Source: Lama glama
Taxonomy: Eukaryota
DNA: 64,000 nt
NCBI GenBank assembly: GCA_028534125.1
Contig: CM052842.1
Span: 12,276,001 to 12,340,000 of the forward strand
Direction: 5' to 3'
The first letter of the stretch is position 1, and every line of letters starts with the position of its first letter. This document shows positions 24,625-37,389 of the stretch, piece after piece. The notes beneath the pieces were generated by a model, which worked only from the letters and a program-made list of their open reading frames with translations, searched no databases and was not told the DNA's origin. The translations under genes were made by a program, and so were the position numbers.

Positions 24625-26140
24625 CATCAACAAAATCTTAAATCCACACACATACGGTCAACTTGTTTTCAACAAACATGCCNNNNNNNNNNNNNNNNNN
24701 NNNNNNNNNNNNNNNNNNNNNNNNNNNNNNNNNNNNNNNNNNNNNNNNNNNNNNNNNNNNNNNNNNNNNNNNNNNNNNNNNNNNNNNNNNNNNNNNNNNN
24801 NNNNNNNNNNNNNNNNNNNNNNNNNNNNNNNNNNNNNNNNNNNNNNNNNNNNNNNNNNNNNNNNNNNNNNNNNNNNNNNNNNNNNNNNNNNNGGCTATGA
24901 TATTATAAGCACAGGCAACAAAAGCAAAAATAAACAAGTGAGACTGTATCAAACAAAGGCTTCTGCACACCCAAGGAAACCATCCACCAAATGAAAAGGC
25001 ATCCTCTGGAATGCGAGCGGCTATCTGATAAGGCGTTAAAGGCCAAAATGTATAAGGAACTCTTATAACTCAGTAGCAAAAACAAACAAACAAAGCAAAA
25101 AAAAATCAAATGTCCCAATTGAAAATGGGCAAAAGAGCTGAAGAGACATTTTTACAAAGGAGACATCCAAATGGCCAATGGGTATACAAAAAGGTGCTCA
25201 ACATCACTAATCATCAGATAAATGCAAATCAAAACCACAATGAAATATCACTTCACACCTGTTAGGATGTCTATTATTTTAAAAAGGGTTAACAACTACC
25301 AAAAAAGAAAGGGGTAACACACACTGGCAAATGTGGAGAAAGGTAACCCTTGTACACTGTTGGTAGAAATGTAAATTGGTGCAGCCACTATGGGAAACAG
25401 TATTGAAGTNNNNNNNNNNNNNNNNNNNNNNNNNNNNNNNNNNNNNNNNNNNNNNNNNNNNNNNNNNNNNNNNNNNNNNNNNNNNNNNNNNNNNNNNNNN
25501 NNNNNNNNNNNNNNNNNNNNNNNNNNNNNNNNNNNNNNNNNNNNNNNNNNNNNNNNNNNNNNNNNNNNNNNNNNNNNNNNNNNNNNNNNNNNNNNNNNNN
25601 NNNNNNNNNNNNNNNNNNNNNNNNNNNNNNNNNNNNNNNNNNNNNNNNNNNNNNNNNNNNNNNNNNNNNNNNNNNNNNNNNNNNNNNNNNNCATGAATGA
25701 GGTTGGAGGGCATTATGCTAAGTGAAATAAGCCAGACAGAGAAAGACATATATTATATGATCTTACTTATATGTGGAATCTAAATAAACAAACAAACTGA
25801 TCTCATAGGAACGGAGAATAGAATGGTGGGAGCCAGAGGCTGGTAGGTGGGGGAAATATTGGTCAAGGGAAACAAACTTTCAGTTATCAGATGAGTAAGT
25901 TCTGAGGATCTAATGTACAGTATGGTGACTATAGTTAATAATACTGTATTGTATACTTGAAATTAGCTAACAGAGTAGATCTTAAGTATTCCTACCAAAA
26001 AAAAAAGCATATGTGTGTTAACTTGATTGTGGGAATCCTTTCACAGTGTATACACATATCATATCATCATGTTGCACACTTTAAACCTATTACAGTTTTA
26101 TTCATTAATTGTTTTTAGACCTCAATAAACCCGGGGAAAG
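24625..26140 (+). mobile_element. L1 3' portion (ORF2 end + 3' UTR), broken by two N-gaps (24683-24892, 25410-25691)
   Basis: 'aaatgcaaatcaaaaccacaatgaaatatcacttcacacctgttaggatg', 'cattatgctaagtgaaataagccagacagagaaagaca' and terminal 'ctcaataaa'. Confidence 0.9.
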
Positions 26141-26753
26141 AAATCCTTAAACCCTCCATGCTTCTGTAATAGTTTAAACAATTAATGAAAAGAATGGTTC
26201 AGCAAGGAACTGCTAAACGTCAATAGTTTAATGAAATCCCCCAAGGGGGCTCTCTCAGAGCCCCCATCTGCTTAACACATGCAAAGTGATACATTGTTCC
26301 TAACCTTTAATAAACAATTTATATAAACTGCTGAGCCCCAAAGGCATTCTAAATACAGTCTCTCCCTGGAGGAGGTGAACCGCACTGGAAACTAGTCAAT
26401 TAGGTTCCAGCATTTACATACACAGACCTGGCAGAAAATTTAGCAGTTTCTGGATTTCACTTTACTTTCCTTATGAAAAATAGGTGTTTTCCTATTCCCT
26501 TTTTTTATTGTCTTTCATATTTCCAGGATGCTTCAATCATAACTGATACTGGTTACATGACCACTTCCAAATTTTTGTTTAGTTCTCCAGGTTAAACTTA
26601 AGGGATATTTGGTACACGTGCCTCTCTATAACTTGTATGGCTTTATGTAGCCTTCAATATTCCCATGTTAATTAAGTTACAATTCATGTGAACTGTTAAA
26701 CATCTATCAGCAAATAAATTCTTGCCACATCCTGATTAGTGTCCTTTAACAAA

Positions 26754-27199
26754 CGTAGTAAGTTGAATAGTGTCCTCGACCACTCGTTGGAATCTCAGGA
26801 TATAACCCTATTTGGAATTAGAGCCTTAGCAGGTGTAATTGGTTAAGATGAGGTCATCCTGGATTAGGGTGGGTGCTAAATCCAATGACTGCTGTCCTTA
26901 TAAGAAGAGAAGAGGATGCACAAAGATACACACAGAGGAATGAAAGCCATGTGATGATGGAGTCAGAGACTGGAGTGACTTACAACTAGAAGCCAAGACA
27001 CCCCAAGGATTACTCGGGCCCCAAGATGTTAGGAGGAGCCAAGGACAGAGTCTTCCCTGGAGCCTTCAAAGGAAGCAGCACCCTGTTGACACCTTGATTT
27101 TGGACTTCTAGACTCCAGAATATGAGAGAATAAATGTCTCTTGTTCTAAGCCACCGAGTTTGTGGTCATTTGTTATGACAATCCTAGGAAACTCATGCA
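26754..27199 (+). mobile_element. MLT1 (MaLR) LTR
   Basis: 'ggttaagatgaggtcatcctggattagggtggg...aagccaccgagtttgtggtcatttgttatgacaatcctaggaaactcatgca'. Confidence 0.85.
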
Positions 27200-27369
27200 T
27201 ACGATCTTCTGTAAAATAGAAACTGTCTTCAATATTGCTCATTAATTCATTTGTATATCTACTCATTTGTCATTTTTGGGTGCCAGTGTGTAGGGGGCAC
27301 TGACTACAGATGAGTTTCTGTCCTAAATGTCATTAGAAGACCCACCCCGAGGGTCAAGGATGTGAAGCT

Positions 27370-27542
27370 CCATGGGGGTGACACCTATGCAGTTGCAGCA
27401 CACGGCCGGGGGCTTAAAAGGGCCCCGTGCTTGGTTTAACACTCTGCTGTTGCTGTCTTGAAATTCCTAATAATTTTTTTTAACAAGGGACCCCTCATTT
27501 TTCATTTTGCATAGAGCTCCTCCAATTACATAGCCCGTCCTC
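27370..27542. mobile_element. MER53-like hAT MITE
   Basis: 'gggccccgtgcttggtttaacactctgctgttgctgtcttgaaattcctaataattttt...gggacccctcatttttcattttgca' matches remembered MER53. Confidence 0.65.
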
Positions 27543-27736
27543 TCTAGAATGGATATAGAATCACTGAAGTTACAAAGAGGGTAGATAGGAGAACCCACAA
27601 TCCGACAGGATGTTTCACTAAAGCAATGAGGTAGGATGAATCCCTTAAAGGAGTCTGTTCGCAGACAAAGGTCTTTAGAGTAGAGGGAATTCAGTGTGAT
27701 TGAACAACTAAACGGACTTTGGGCTAGCACCTAAAG

Positions 27737-27754
27737 TACCACTAGGTGGCGCTC
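27737..27754 (+). promoter_or_regulatory. CTCF motif (near-perfect)
   Basis: TACCACTAGGTGGCGCTC matches the CTCF core consensus CCACYAGGKGGCGC. Confidence 0.7.
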
Positions 27755-28208
27755 AAGGAGAGGATGACGGAGAGACGTGGGTCAGCTCCTGAATGGCTTG
27801 TGGGCGGGCAATGCTGGAGTTGGACTTCTCCCAAAGGTGATAGGAACCATGGAAGATGTTGACCTCCCCAACCATGCTAGATCCAGGATTTCAGCTGAGC
27901 CATCCTGCGCTCAAAGATCTAGACCCCACAGACTTGAACATCTCACGTGGTTACACCGGGAAAGGGTTCTGAGAGAATCCACCCTCTTCTGGTGTCTACC
28001 GCTTTTGTTGTTTTTCTCCCTGAGTACTAACATATTACATGAATAACAATATGTGTTTAGTCTGTCAGGACTTTATGGCCTAAAATAGGATGGTCCAGGA
28101 GGACTTTCTGGTGAAGCTCCCTGGACTTGGCCCCTTGGGGGTGTCCAGATGGGTCATCTCTAAAGCAAGGTTCATGCGACATGAGCGATTTTCAGAAACA
28201 GTAGACTT

Positions 28209-28640
28209 TGTGGTGGGCTGAACACTGGGTTCTCAAGTATGTCCAAGTCCTAATTCCCAGAACCTGGAAATATGTTATAGGGACTTTGCAGGTGTGATTA
28301 AGTTAAGGATGCTGAGATGGGGAGATTTTCCCGGATTATCTGGGTGGGCCCAAAGGAATAACAAGGGTCCTTAGAAGACGAGATAAGTGGATCAAAGTGA
28401 ATTGTAGGAGATGTGCAAACAGAAGCAAGAGGTTGGAATGATGTGAGGAAGGCGCCAGAATGTAGTTGGCTTCTAGAAGCTGGAAAAGACAAGGAAATGG
28501 ATTCTCCTCTGAAGTCTCCAGCCCCATCCTCATCTCGATCTTAAACTCTGACCTCTAGAACTGTAAGAGATCAAATTTGTGTTGTTGTAAGCAACTGAGT
28601 TTGTGGTAGTTGGTACAAGCAGCAATAGGAAACTAATGCA
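28209..28640 (+). mobile_element. MLT1D-like (MaLR) LTR
   Basis: TGTGGTGGGCTGAA...'gagatggggagattttcccggattatctgggtgggccc'...AGCAATAGGAAACTAATGCA. Confidence 0.85.
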
Positions 28641-29150
28641 GATATTTCACAAATATTTTAACTCATTCTTTGTAAAGTTCTATCTTTGCTTATAATGTGC
28701 ATAACATAGGAGTATGATACGATGTGCATACACAGTTTAAAAATAAGTGAATTAACATATATGGAGTCTTTTATGATAGATATATGCATATTTAAAAATC
28801 TTTAGACCTCTGGGATAAAGTAAAGGTAACAAAAGTCTAGATACAGTATAAATTAATAATTATATAAATTAATTATAATTAATATAAATTTTCAATGTGA
28901 CTATACATGTACTCAATAATCGGAAAAGAAAGAGAATATTGCAAGGCAGCTGGCAATATTTTCCATACCTCTGGTGGGTGCCTTAACATAGATTAGAAAA
29001 GTAAAAGTTAAAAAAAAGAAAATTCTTTATTCTAGTCTGTTCACTTGGATAACAGGCTGCAGAGCATGTGTCTGGACCTATAATCCTATGATGCTGTCAT
29101 TGCCCCAGCACAGGTCCCCAGACAATTATTTCTGTTAAAAATTAGCTTTA

Positions 29151-29928
29151 TTACAATGAGGTGTCACCTCACACCAGTCATCATCAAAGTCTACAAATAA
29201 TAAATGCTGGAGACAGAGCGGAGAAAAGGGAACACTCCTACACTGTTGGTTGGAATGTAAATTGGTATAGCCACTGCGGAGAACAGTATGGAGGTTCCTT
29301 AAAAGAACATATAATCCAGCAATCCCATTCCTGGGCATAAAACCAAAAAAGACGCAAACTCTAACTCAAAAGGATACATGCACCGCATTGTTCACAGCAG
29401 CAGAATTTACAATAGTGAAGACATGGAAGCAACCTTTATCCATTAATTGGCAGATGATGGACAAAGAAGATGTGGTATATACAGAAATATTACTCAGCTA
29501 TAAAAAAAGAATGAAATAATGGCATATGGAGCAACATGGATGGACCTAGAGATTATCATACTAAGTGAATTAAGTCAGACAGAGAAAGACAAATACCATA
29601 TGATATCACTTATATATGGAATCTAAGAAAATGATAGAAATGAACTTATTTACAAAACAGAAACAGACTCACAGACATAGAAAACAAACTTTTGGTTACC
29701 AAAGGGGAAAGGAGGGAAAGGATAAATTAGTAGTTTGGGATTAGCAGATACAAACTATTACATATAAAACAGATAAGCAACAAGGACCTTAGCACAGGGG
29801 TATTTTATAGTAACCTATAATGGAAAAGAGTCTGAAAAAGAATACATATGTTATATAACTGAATCAATTTGCTGTACACCTAAAACTAGCACAACATTGT
29901 AAATAAAGTATACTTCAATTTAAAAAAA
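29151..29928 (+). mobile_element. 5'-truncated L1 (ORF2 end + 3' UTR, cetartiodactyl type)
   Basis: 'atggatggacctagagattatcatactaagtgaattaagtcagacagagaaagacaaataccatatgatatcacttatatatggaatcta' and terminal 'cacaacattgtaaataaagtatacttcaatttaaaaaaa'. Confidence 0.9.
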
Positions 29929-29996
29929 CCCAGTTTTGATTCACCCAAGGATGTTCCAGTTGTTTTGAAATATTGTTGATACCAAACTCATTTCAA

Positions 29997-30284
29997 GGGA
30001 GGAGGATATAGCTCAAGGGGTAGAGTGCATGCTTAGTATGCATGAGGTCATGGGTTCAACCCCCAGTACCTCCTCTAAAAAGAAATAAGTAAGTAAAATT
30101 AATTACATCCCCCCAACAACAACAGAAAAACTTTTTAAAATGGGGAGGGTATAGCTAAGTGGTAGAGTGCATGCTTAGCATGCACAAGGTCTGGGGTTCA
30201 ATCCCCGGGACATCCATCAAATAATTAATTAAATAAATGAACCTAATTATACCCCCCCCCAAAAAAAAGCTAAAAAAAAAAAAT
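29997..30284 (+). mobile_element. Tandem pair of tRNA-Ala-derived (vic-1 type) SINEs
   Basis: Two monomers (about 29997-30130 and 30142-30283), each with A-box TAGCT(C/A)A.(G/T)GG and B-box GGTTCAA(C/T)CC. Flanked by CCAAACTCATTTCA (29982-29995) and CCAAACTCACTTCA (30285-30298). Confidence 0.88.
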
Positions 30285-31438
30285 CCAAACTCACTTCATA
30301 AGAGATCATTAAATAGGGTCAAGCATTAGTTTGGGGGGATATATCCTAGAAAAATCTATTATATTTTCATCCAAGCATATTGCCTTGTTTGATTTTCAGG
30401 AGAATAATCATGCAAATAGTCATTTGTTTAGAAATTTTTCTGTAACTTTAAAAATAGTTTTTTGGCTTTTACCAAAAGTAGAGTAGACAGTTAGTTGTCC
30501 AGATCAGAAGTAAAAGATAATACCAATAACAGGAATAAATACATAAATAATGTTTAGTATAAGAAAGCATGGTTTTAATTACTGTGCATCTATTGACTCA
30601 CTTAACCCTTAGAGCAACCCCGTAAAAGTAACTGGGAGTGGTAAGCTGCATTACCATTTCTCCCAGTTTTATAGATGAGGAAATGAAGACTCAGGAAAGT
30701 TAGAGGAGGTACCCAAGATCACACAGCTGGAATTTGCACCCTGTTAGTCCAGTTCTGTAGCTATTAGCTCTCAACCACTGCAGTACGCTGCACAGCCAAT
30801 TAACAGAGGAGCCAAGGAAGATGTAAGCTACGGTCTGAAGTTTGAATTTCAGGTTCTACTTTAAAGTACGTTCAGTTTAGAGATGATTTGTCCATTTGTG
30901 GCCTTACCTTCAGTAAATACAAATTTATGGGGTAAACAAATAAAGGTAAGCTGGCTGTCCTGCATGGCCTCTGGGCAGATGGAATAATTATTCAGGATTC
31001 CTGTCCTTCAAACTGGTTCCTTTATAACTGGTTTTGGTTCTAAATTTCCCCTGCATGGACTAATACAATCAATGTCATAACGGAAATATTGCTTTAGTGA
31101 CTAGAGATTTGGGCTTATCTTTTCATTGTCTTCAACATTAGTTATCATTTGCATTTAAAGTACTCTGTGGTGGTCCCTGATAACATTTTTTCTGTATAAG
31201 ATTCAGCTAAAAACGGGCCTTGGGAAAAAAATAAATGAAAAAAAAAGTGGATAGTTTTTATTAAATTATTTTTACACTGATGTCTTGGATTCAAAGAGCA
31301 GACTCCAAGGCATCATAATGACCCAAGGAAGGAGAGTCAGAAAAATACATGGGTTGCATAGGAAGTCATCTTTGTTTTGGGATGCCAATTTTAGAGGAAA
31401 TATAAAGAACTCAGCGTGGTCATATTAGGGTGTGAAGT

Positions 31439-32036
31439 TGTTGCTGAAAGATCGGCCCCTGTCCCTGACGAGCCAAATAACTCAGAGACGAGGTCTTGGA
31501 GCTTAGAAGAAAAGAGGCAGCTTTATTTCTTTGCTGGGCAAAGAGGACTCACAGCAGGCTAATGCCTTCAAAACTGTGCACCCGCCTTAGGGTTGGGGCT
31601 CAGTGATTATATAGTGAACAAACTGGGGCGAAAAGGGGGGTATTAATTAACAAAAGTCTCTGATAAAGCTTCCTTCAGAATCTTGGCGTGTCTGTCCAGG
31701 GTCATGGGGCCGTCTGGTGGTTTGGAGGGTTATCAGCCCATGATCTCTTTCTGATCAGATTCATCAGGCGCCAGGAGGAACTTTGGAGGGTCTGGTCATT
31801 CTCCCGTGACTCCCTTACTGGGTTAATGACTCAAAATCCAAACAGGACTGTAAATTTCAATTACTGGAGTAAGGCAAAACAAACAGGGAAATCAATAGCT
31901 CTAACTCTAACAGTGGGCCTGGGGCTGGGAGCAGTGTCCGGTCAGCCAGATTTGCTGACTGCTCTAAAAGCAAGCAGTAGGCATAAGGCCAAGAATTAGT
32001 TAGCCTAAGCAAGGCCATTTTATTATTTCTCCTTCA
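31439..32036 (-). mobile_element. ERV1-type solo LTR with perfect 4-bp TSD
   Basis: Minus strand runs TGAAGGAG...CAGCAACA, is flanked by AAGT on both sides (31435-31438, 32037-32040), and has an intact AATAAA (complement of TTTATT near 31523). Confidence 0.85.
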
Positions 32037-33174
32037 AAGTTACTGACCAAGGTTCTATTACTAAGTGCTTTACAGAAATGATCATAAATACCAAATCTGA
32101 TCAATCAGAGTACATTTTCTTAAATGCATGTCTAGTCAATTTTTCTGCTTGGTGTCCTTTAATGACTACTCATTGTTTTTAAAATAAAGTTAAAAGTCCT
32201 CGGCATTGTGTTTGAGGCTTTTTATGCAATGGGCCTTAACTGTCTCTTACGGGATATCTGGCCACTTTCCTGAGGCACAGTGTGCTCCAGCCGTGGAAAA
32301 CGTCCTCATCTCGCTTCTTGCTTCCACTGGCAACACACACAGCCATGTTTACACCACCCTCCCAAATGTGGCTGCGATGCCAGCACCTGCTCTCAGGTGT
32401 CTGCCCTGGCTGCGTCCCCTTCGCCCTGGCTTAGCCCTGGCTTAGCTCAGCTCAGCTCGAGCCAAGTTCAGAGCTCGCTCCTTTTTTATGGTCCATGATG
32501 CAGCTTGTCTGTAACTCCCCCACAGCACCTACCTCATTGTAATCACTTGTTTTCTGCTCTGTCTTCCCCACCAGGCTGAACCCCTGGGGCGCCATGATTT
32601 TGTTCTTTTCCTCTGAATCCTCTGCTCCCGGCGGACATGGGGAATCTCAGCCTACGGCTCAATCAGCTCCTGTCAGCTCCTCCTTTTTAGCCCTGAAAGT
32701 ATGAAAGAATGGGTTCTGTATTTAAACATTCCTGTCACTGAAAACCAGAAACCACTGCTGTTGGTGCTATACTGCATAGATGGTTTAAGAGATTTCCAAA
32801 GTTAATTTATGTCTACATCTGAGTGTTATGAGTGTTAGGTGCCTGACTCCTGCATAAGATAGAGCTCCACTGCAATTATTTTCTATTTGCTACACACACT
32901 TTGGATAAAATACTTTTCCGTTTGAGAATTCTAATACTATGTCTCAGTAAAGCCCAACTGTAAATTCACTAGGGAGCTTGCTATTTTACGAAGGAAAGGA
33001 ACAATAACATAGTATCTTTCCTGGAAGAACAGGCTATTATACGTTGGATTTGTTTTAGCAAGAGATTTGTCATCTTTAAAAATTAGAATTGGGGCTGTCC
33101 ATAAACAAGATACTCTCAGAAAGAAACAAATGAGAATTTTTTTTTGCACTGATATTGACAATTAAAATCATTTA

Positions 33175-33364
33175 TTGATAAACAAGATTACACTGTATAG
33201 CACAGGGAAATATACACAAAATGTTATGATAAATCACAGAGAAAAAAATGTGACAATGAGTGTGTATATGTCCATGAATGACTGAAAAATTGTGCTGAAC
33301 ATGCTGAAAACTGGAATTTGACACAACACTGAAAAATGATTATGAATCAATAAAAAATGTAAAA
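33175..33364 (+). mobile_element. Severely 5'-truncated young L1 3' end with 11-bp TSD
   Basis: L1 3' UTR text 'ctgtatagcacagggaaatat...tcaataaaaaatgtaaaa' flanked by AAAATCATTTA at 33164-33174 and 33365-33375; the TT|AAAA endonuclease site is preserved. Confidence 0.85.
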
Positions 33365-34299
33365 AAAATCATTTACTTATTTAAACAGAGAAGGCATCCA
33401 TTTATTACCTTTAGGGTTGCTTCTTAGACAGGGAAGTGGTGAACTGCACTTAGGAGAATGCACTAGGTCTGACAGTTCTCGGTGTGGGGCACCCCAGTCA
33501 ATATTTTATAGAGCAACAATTCTCAGGAAGAAAACGCTCTCATTTCTGCTACTCAGTAGGACTTCATAATAAAGCCAAATGAGGACTGAGGTGACTGAAT
33601 TTGCTAAAAGCAATATCTAGTTTTACCATCAGTTCTCTTTTCTCTGTGATGTCTCATAAGTTAGAAAACTCAGGGGTCATGTTGGTGGATCAAAATACGA
33701 AGCCTGAACAATCATTTGTGAGCCTTTATGCGCCCCTGGCGATGTGTGGCTTGACTTGCTGTCACTCCTCAGGTTTGTGATGCTCCTCGTCCCTTCTCCC
33801 CAGGTGTCACTGAATTTCCTATTTGCATCTGCCAAAGCAGAGTTTCCTCAGGAGGATCTCTGGATTACTGGCCTGGGAGTCACTTGGAGTTAAAGATGCA
33901 GGTTCCTGGGCACTACCACAAATCCACTGAATCCAAAACCCTGGCAGGGCAGGTATTTCCCATCCCCTCCAATACTGTTGTAACCAAATAGGTTTTTACT
34001 TTTCTCATAGCAAGAAGCCTACAGGTAGGTACACCGGGGTGGTAGATATGGCAGCTTCATGATGCCTGCAGAGACCAGAGATCCTTCTGGCTCTCTCATC
34101 TATCCTCATGACTGCTCCATCTGTAAACCCTGAGCTGCCCTGCAGGAAGGAGGAAAAGGAAAAGGCCTGGAGGAAGTCCAAAGGCCCACAGCACTGAGTC
34201 TGCCACGTCTGATATGCTCCCTTAGAAGTGCCACCACTGAATGCCACTTATTTCTCATGGATTCTCTTTCTCTTCATGAGAAATCACATCTGCTGGTTT

Positions 34300-34945
34300 A
34301 ACCAAAACTTACACATCATCTGATGTAGTACTCAATGTATGTAGAGCAAATGCTTAGGACAATTATATTTAAAAAAAAAAAAGGAAGATAAAGAGACCTA
34401 CATGGACTATGAACTTAAAAAATAATTTATAATTGCATCAGAAACATAAAATAATTAGGGATAAATCTAATGGAAAATGTATAGAATCTCTACACCTAAA
34501 ACTACAAAACACTGCTGAGGAAAAGTAAGGAAAACCTAGATAGGTAGAGAGACATTTATGAATTAGAAGGTACAATATTGTTGTCAGCTCTCAAATTTTT
34601 CTTTAGGTTCTATGCAATCCCAGTCAAAATCCCAGTGGGCTTTTTGGTAGAAATGGACAGATTGATTCTAAAATTTATATGTAAACGCAAGGAACTTAGA
34701 ATAGCCAAAGCAATCTTGGACATAGAGAACTTACTAAAACGCTACAGTAACAGAGATAGCTTGAAATTGGCATAAGGGTAGAAAAAGGAACTCTGAAAGT
34801 GAATGATGGGTCCAGAAACAAGCAGGCAGACATGTAGCTATTGATTGTTTTGGATAAAGGCACCAAGGATATTCAGTGGGCAAAGGAAAACCTTTTCAAT
34901 AAATAATGCTTCAACAACTGGATATTCATTCGGAAAAAAAAAAAA
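34300..34945 (+). mobile_element. Old L1 ORF2 fragment, running into gap 34946-35446
   Basis: 'tatgcaatcccagtcaaaatcccagtgggctttttggtagaaatggacagattgattctaaaatttatatg' is degenerate L1 ORF2. Confidence 0.8.
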
Positions 34946-35446
34946 ANNNNNNNNNNNNNNNNNNNNNNNNNNNNNNNNNNNNNNNNNNNNNNNNNNNNNN
35001 NNNNNNNNNNNNNNNNNNNNNNNNNNNNNNNNNNNNNNNNNNNNNNNNNNNNNNNNNNNNNNNNNNNNNNNNNNNNNNNNNNNNNNNNNNNNNNNNNNNN
35101 NNNNNNNNNNNNNNNNNNNNNNNNNNNNNNNNNNNNNNNNNNNNNNNNNNNNNNNNNNNNNNNNNNNNNNNNNNNNNNNNNNNNNNNNNNNNNNNNNNNN
35201 NNNNNNNNNNNNNNNNNNNNNNNNNNNNNNNNNNNNNNNNNNNNNNNNNNNNNNNNNNNNNNNNNNNNNNNNNNNNNNNNNNNNNNNNNNNNNNNNNNNN
35301 NNNNNNNNNNNNNNNNNNNNNNNNNNNNNNNNNNNNNNNNNNNNNNNNNNNNNNNNNNNNNNNNNNNNNNNNNNNNNNNNNNNNNNNNNNNNNNNNNNNN
35401 NNNNNNNNNNNNNNNNNNNNNNNNNNNNNNNNNNNNNNNNNNNNNN

Positions 35447-35469
35447 ACACACACACACACACACACACA
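35447..35469. repeat. (CA)n microsatellite abutting a gap
   Basis: acacacacacacacacacacaca directly after the N-run. Confidence 0.95.
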
Positions 35470-37389
35470 AATTACCCCATGGGAATTCTCTCCACCTCAT
35501 TCCTCCTTCTCCTAGTCCTCTTCTCACCAGCCAGCTGTCCTGCTCACTGCTCCTACGTACTTTGACTCCCAATTGCTTGGGCAGCTGGTTGGTGAACTTT
35601 GTGCAGCCACTACCTGTTACCCAGGGCCTTGGATTGAGGGAGGATCCTGAGGTGCTAATGCTCATACTATCCCCCTTGCCATGTGGCTGTGGGGGTGGGG
35701 GGCAACTGTGACTGGGCTCTTGGGCTCCTAACTTGTTCGAGTCACAGAGCCCTTTGAGAATTGCCCTCTCCAGAGAAATGTGCATATGTCTAGACTTTGC
35801 CTACAATTTCAGAGGAGTCAGACTCTAGGACTTCTTTCATAGATCCAATAGAATCCCCATGGGCCCCAGGTTATACATGCCTGATGTTCATGAAAACACA
35901 TTATAAATGAAAAGGACTAACTTTGGCAGAGGCTGTTTTTAACATTATTTCCTGGGAGCCAGGTAAGTGCAAACTAAAGTCTCTGAGTCTCCTTTCCTGC
36001 CATCAGAATCTGCTCATAGGCATCCCCTCTGCCTTCATCTCTCTTTTATCCCCCTAGTCCAGGCTCAGCATCCTGCTTGGGGATTTAAACAGTGGCTGTG
36101 AATCAAAGATTTGTTTGGAAGGGAAACCTAGCCTAGTGATAATCCTTAAGAATCTTGTCATATATTAAAATATATGTAATGATGCTCAAAATAAAGCAGC
36201 AATCTGGTAGCTTTACTTATTATGGGCTCAACTGGAGTTTATAGGCAAGCTTGGAAACAATATGTTATATATTTAATATGACATTTTCTTATAAATATTA
36301 CATACTTACAATAGTTATAAGTTTGTAATGCTATGATTATTAATATATTTATATTATAGTTTCTATTCATACTATTATTTCTAAAGAAACATACACCTAC
36401 ATTTCTATAGAAAACTATGTTAAGATAAGGGAAATCTTTGTAAAATAACCTGTTTGTAATTTGGGGTTTTCTTATCCTGCTGTAAAAATTTTGAAGACAT
36501 GTCACTGCATTGCATATGTTCTAGATAATTTCTCCAAATTATCCAAAACTGGGAGGAATAAAAATTACACAATCTTCACCTTCAAGGAATTGATAGAAAA
36601 GTAGGGATTTGGTAGGTACTTCCTGATTTATCATGCACTGACCTTTGAACACTGGATAGCCTGGCTACTTATTACGTCACACATTGCTGATATCAAATAG
36701 ACGCACAAAGGGTAATGATTTCAAAGGAGCCTAATTAACAAGGGACTACTTCAAACACCAACAAAATATGGGGTTCATCAAGTACAATTTAATCATTAAG
36801 ACAGTAATGTTTCTCATGAATACTTTCTAGAAAAATACCTAATCACTTCATTCTTGTCTTAATCACCGTCTCAATTATAAATTATATTTGAACTTATGTG
36901 CCAAAGGTTACTCAAAAGAAAGGGAGCAAAGTTATAAATAGAAACAATAAATTATGTACCCAAAGCTATTCAGAAAACACTAATCAAAACTGGAACTAGG
37001 CTCCCAAACACACTGTCAGTATTTAAATATTTCAAGGTCAAAGTCAGATTAAGCAACTGGCATAGGTATTTTTAGCAGTAGCTACAATTAAGATTTAACA
37101 ACACTGGTTAGGTCTGGAAAATGTGGTAACGTGGTATGCTGATTATTATCTGGAAATTCATTAAGAAGTTTATAATCATAAGGGTTTTGGGAGACAGGCA
37201 ATGGAAAGAACATTTTCTTGGATTCCTACTATGAGCCTGGTGCTTGACGGTCTTTACAGAAATTGTCACATTTCATTCTCCCAACAACCCTGCAAGGTGG
37301 ATTTTTAAATTCCCATTTTATAAATGAAGAAACAAGGGGTAGTAATTTGCTCTAGGTCAAGCAACTAATCAGTGGCAGAACTCAAACTT

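Noticed and set aside
29997-30220. tRNA-Ala(AGC)-like sequences (also 19360-19430)
   Set aside because: They have SINE tails, a TSD and stem mismatches or deletions; these are retroposons rather than tRNA genes.
24638-35785. Long ORFs full of X (24638-25749, 34838-35785)
   Set aside because: Artefacts of translating assembly gaps.
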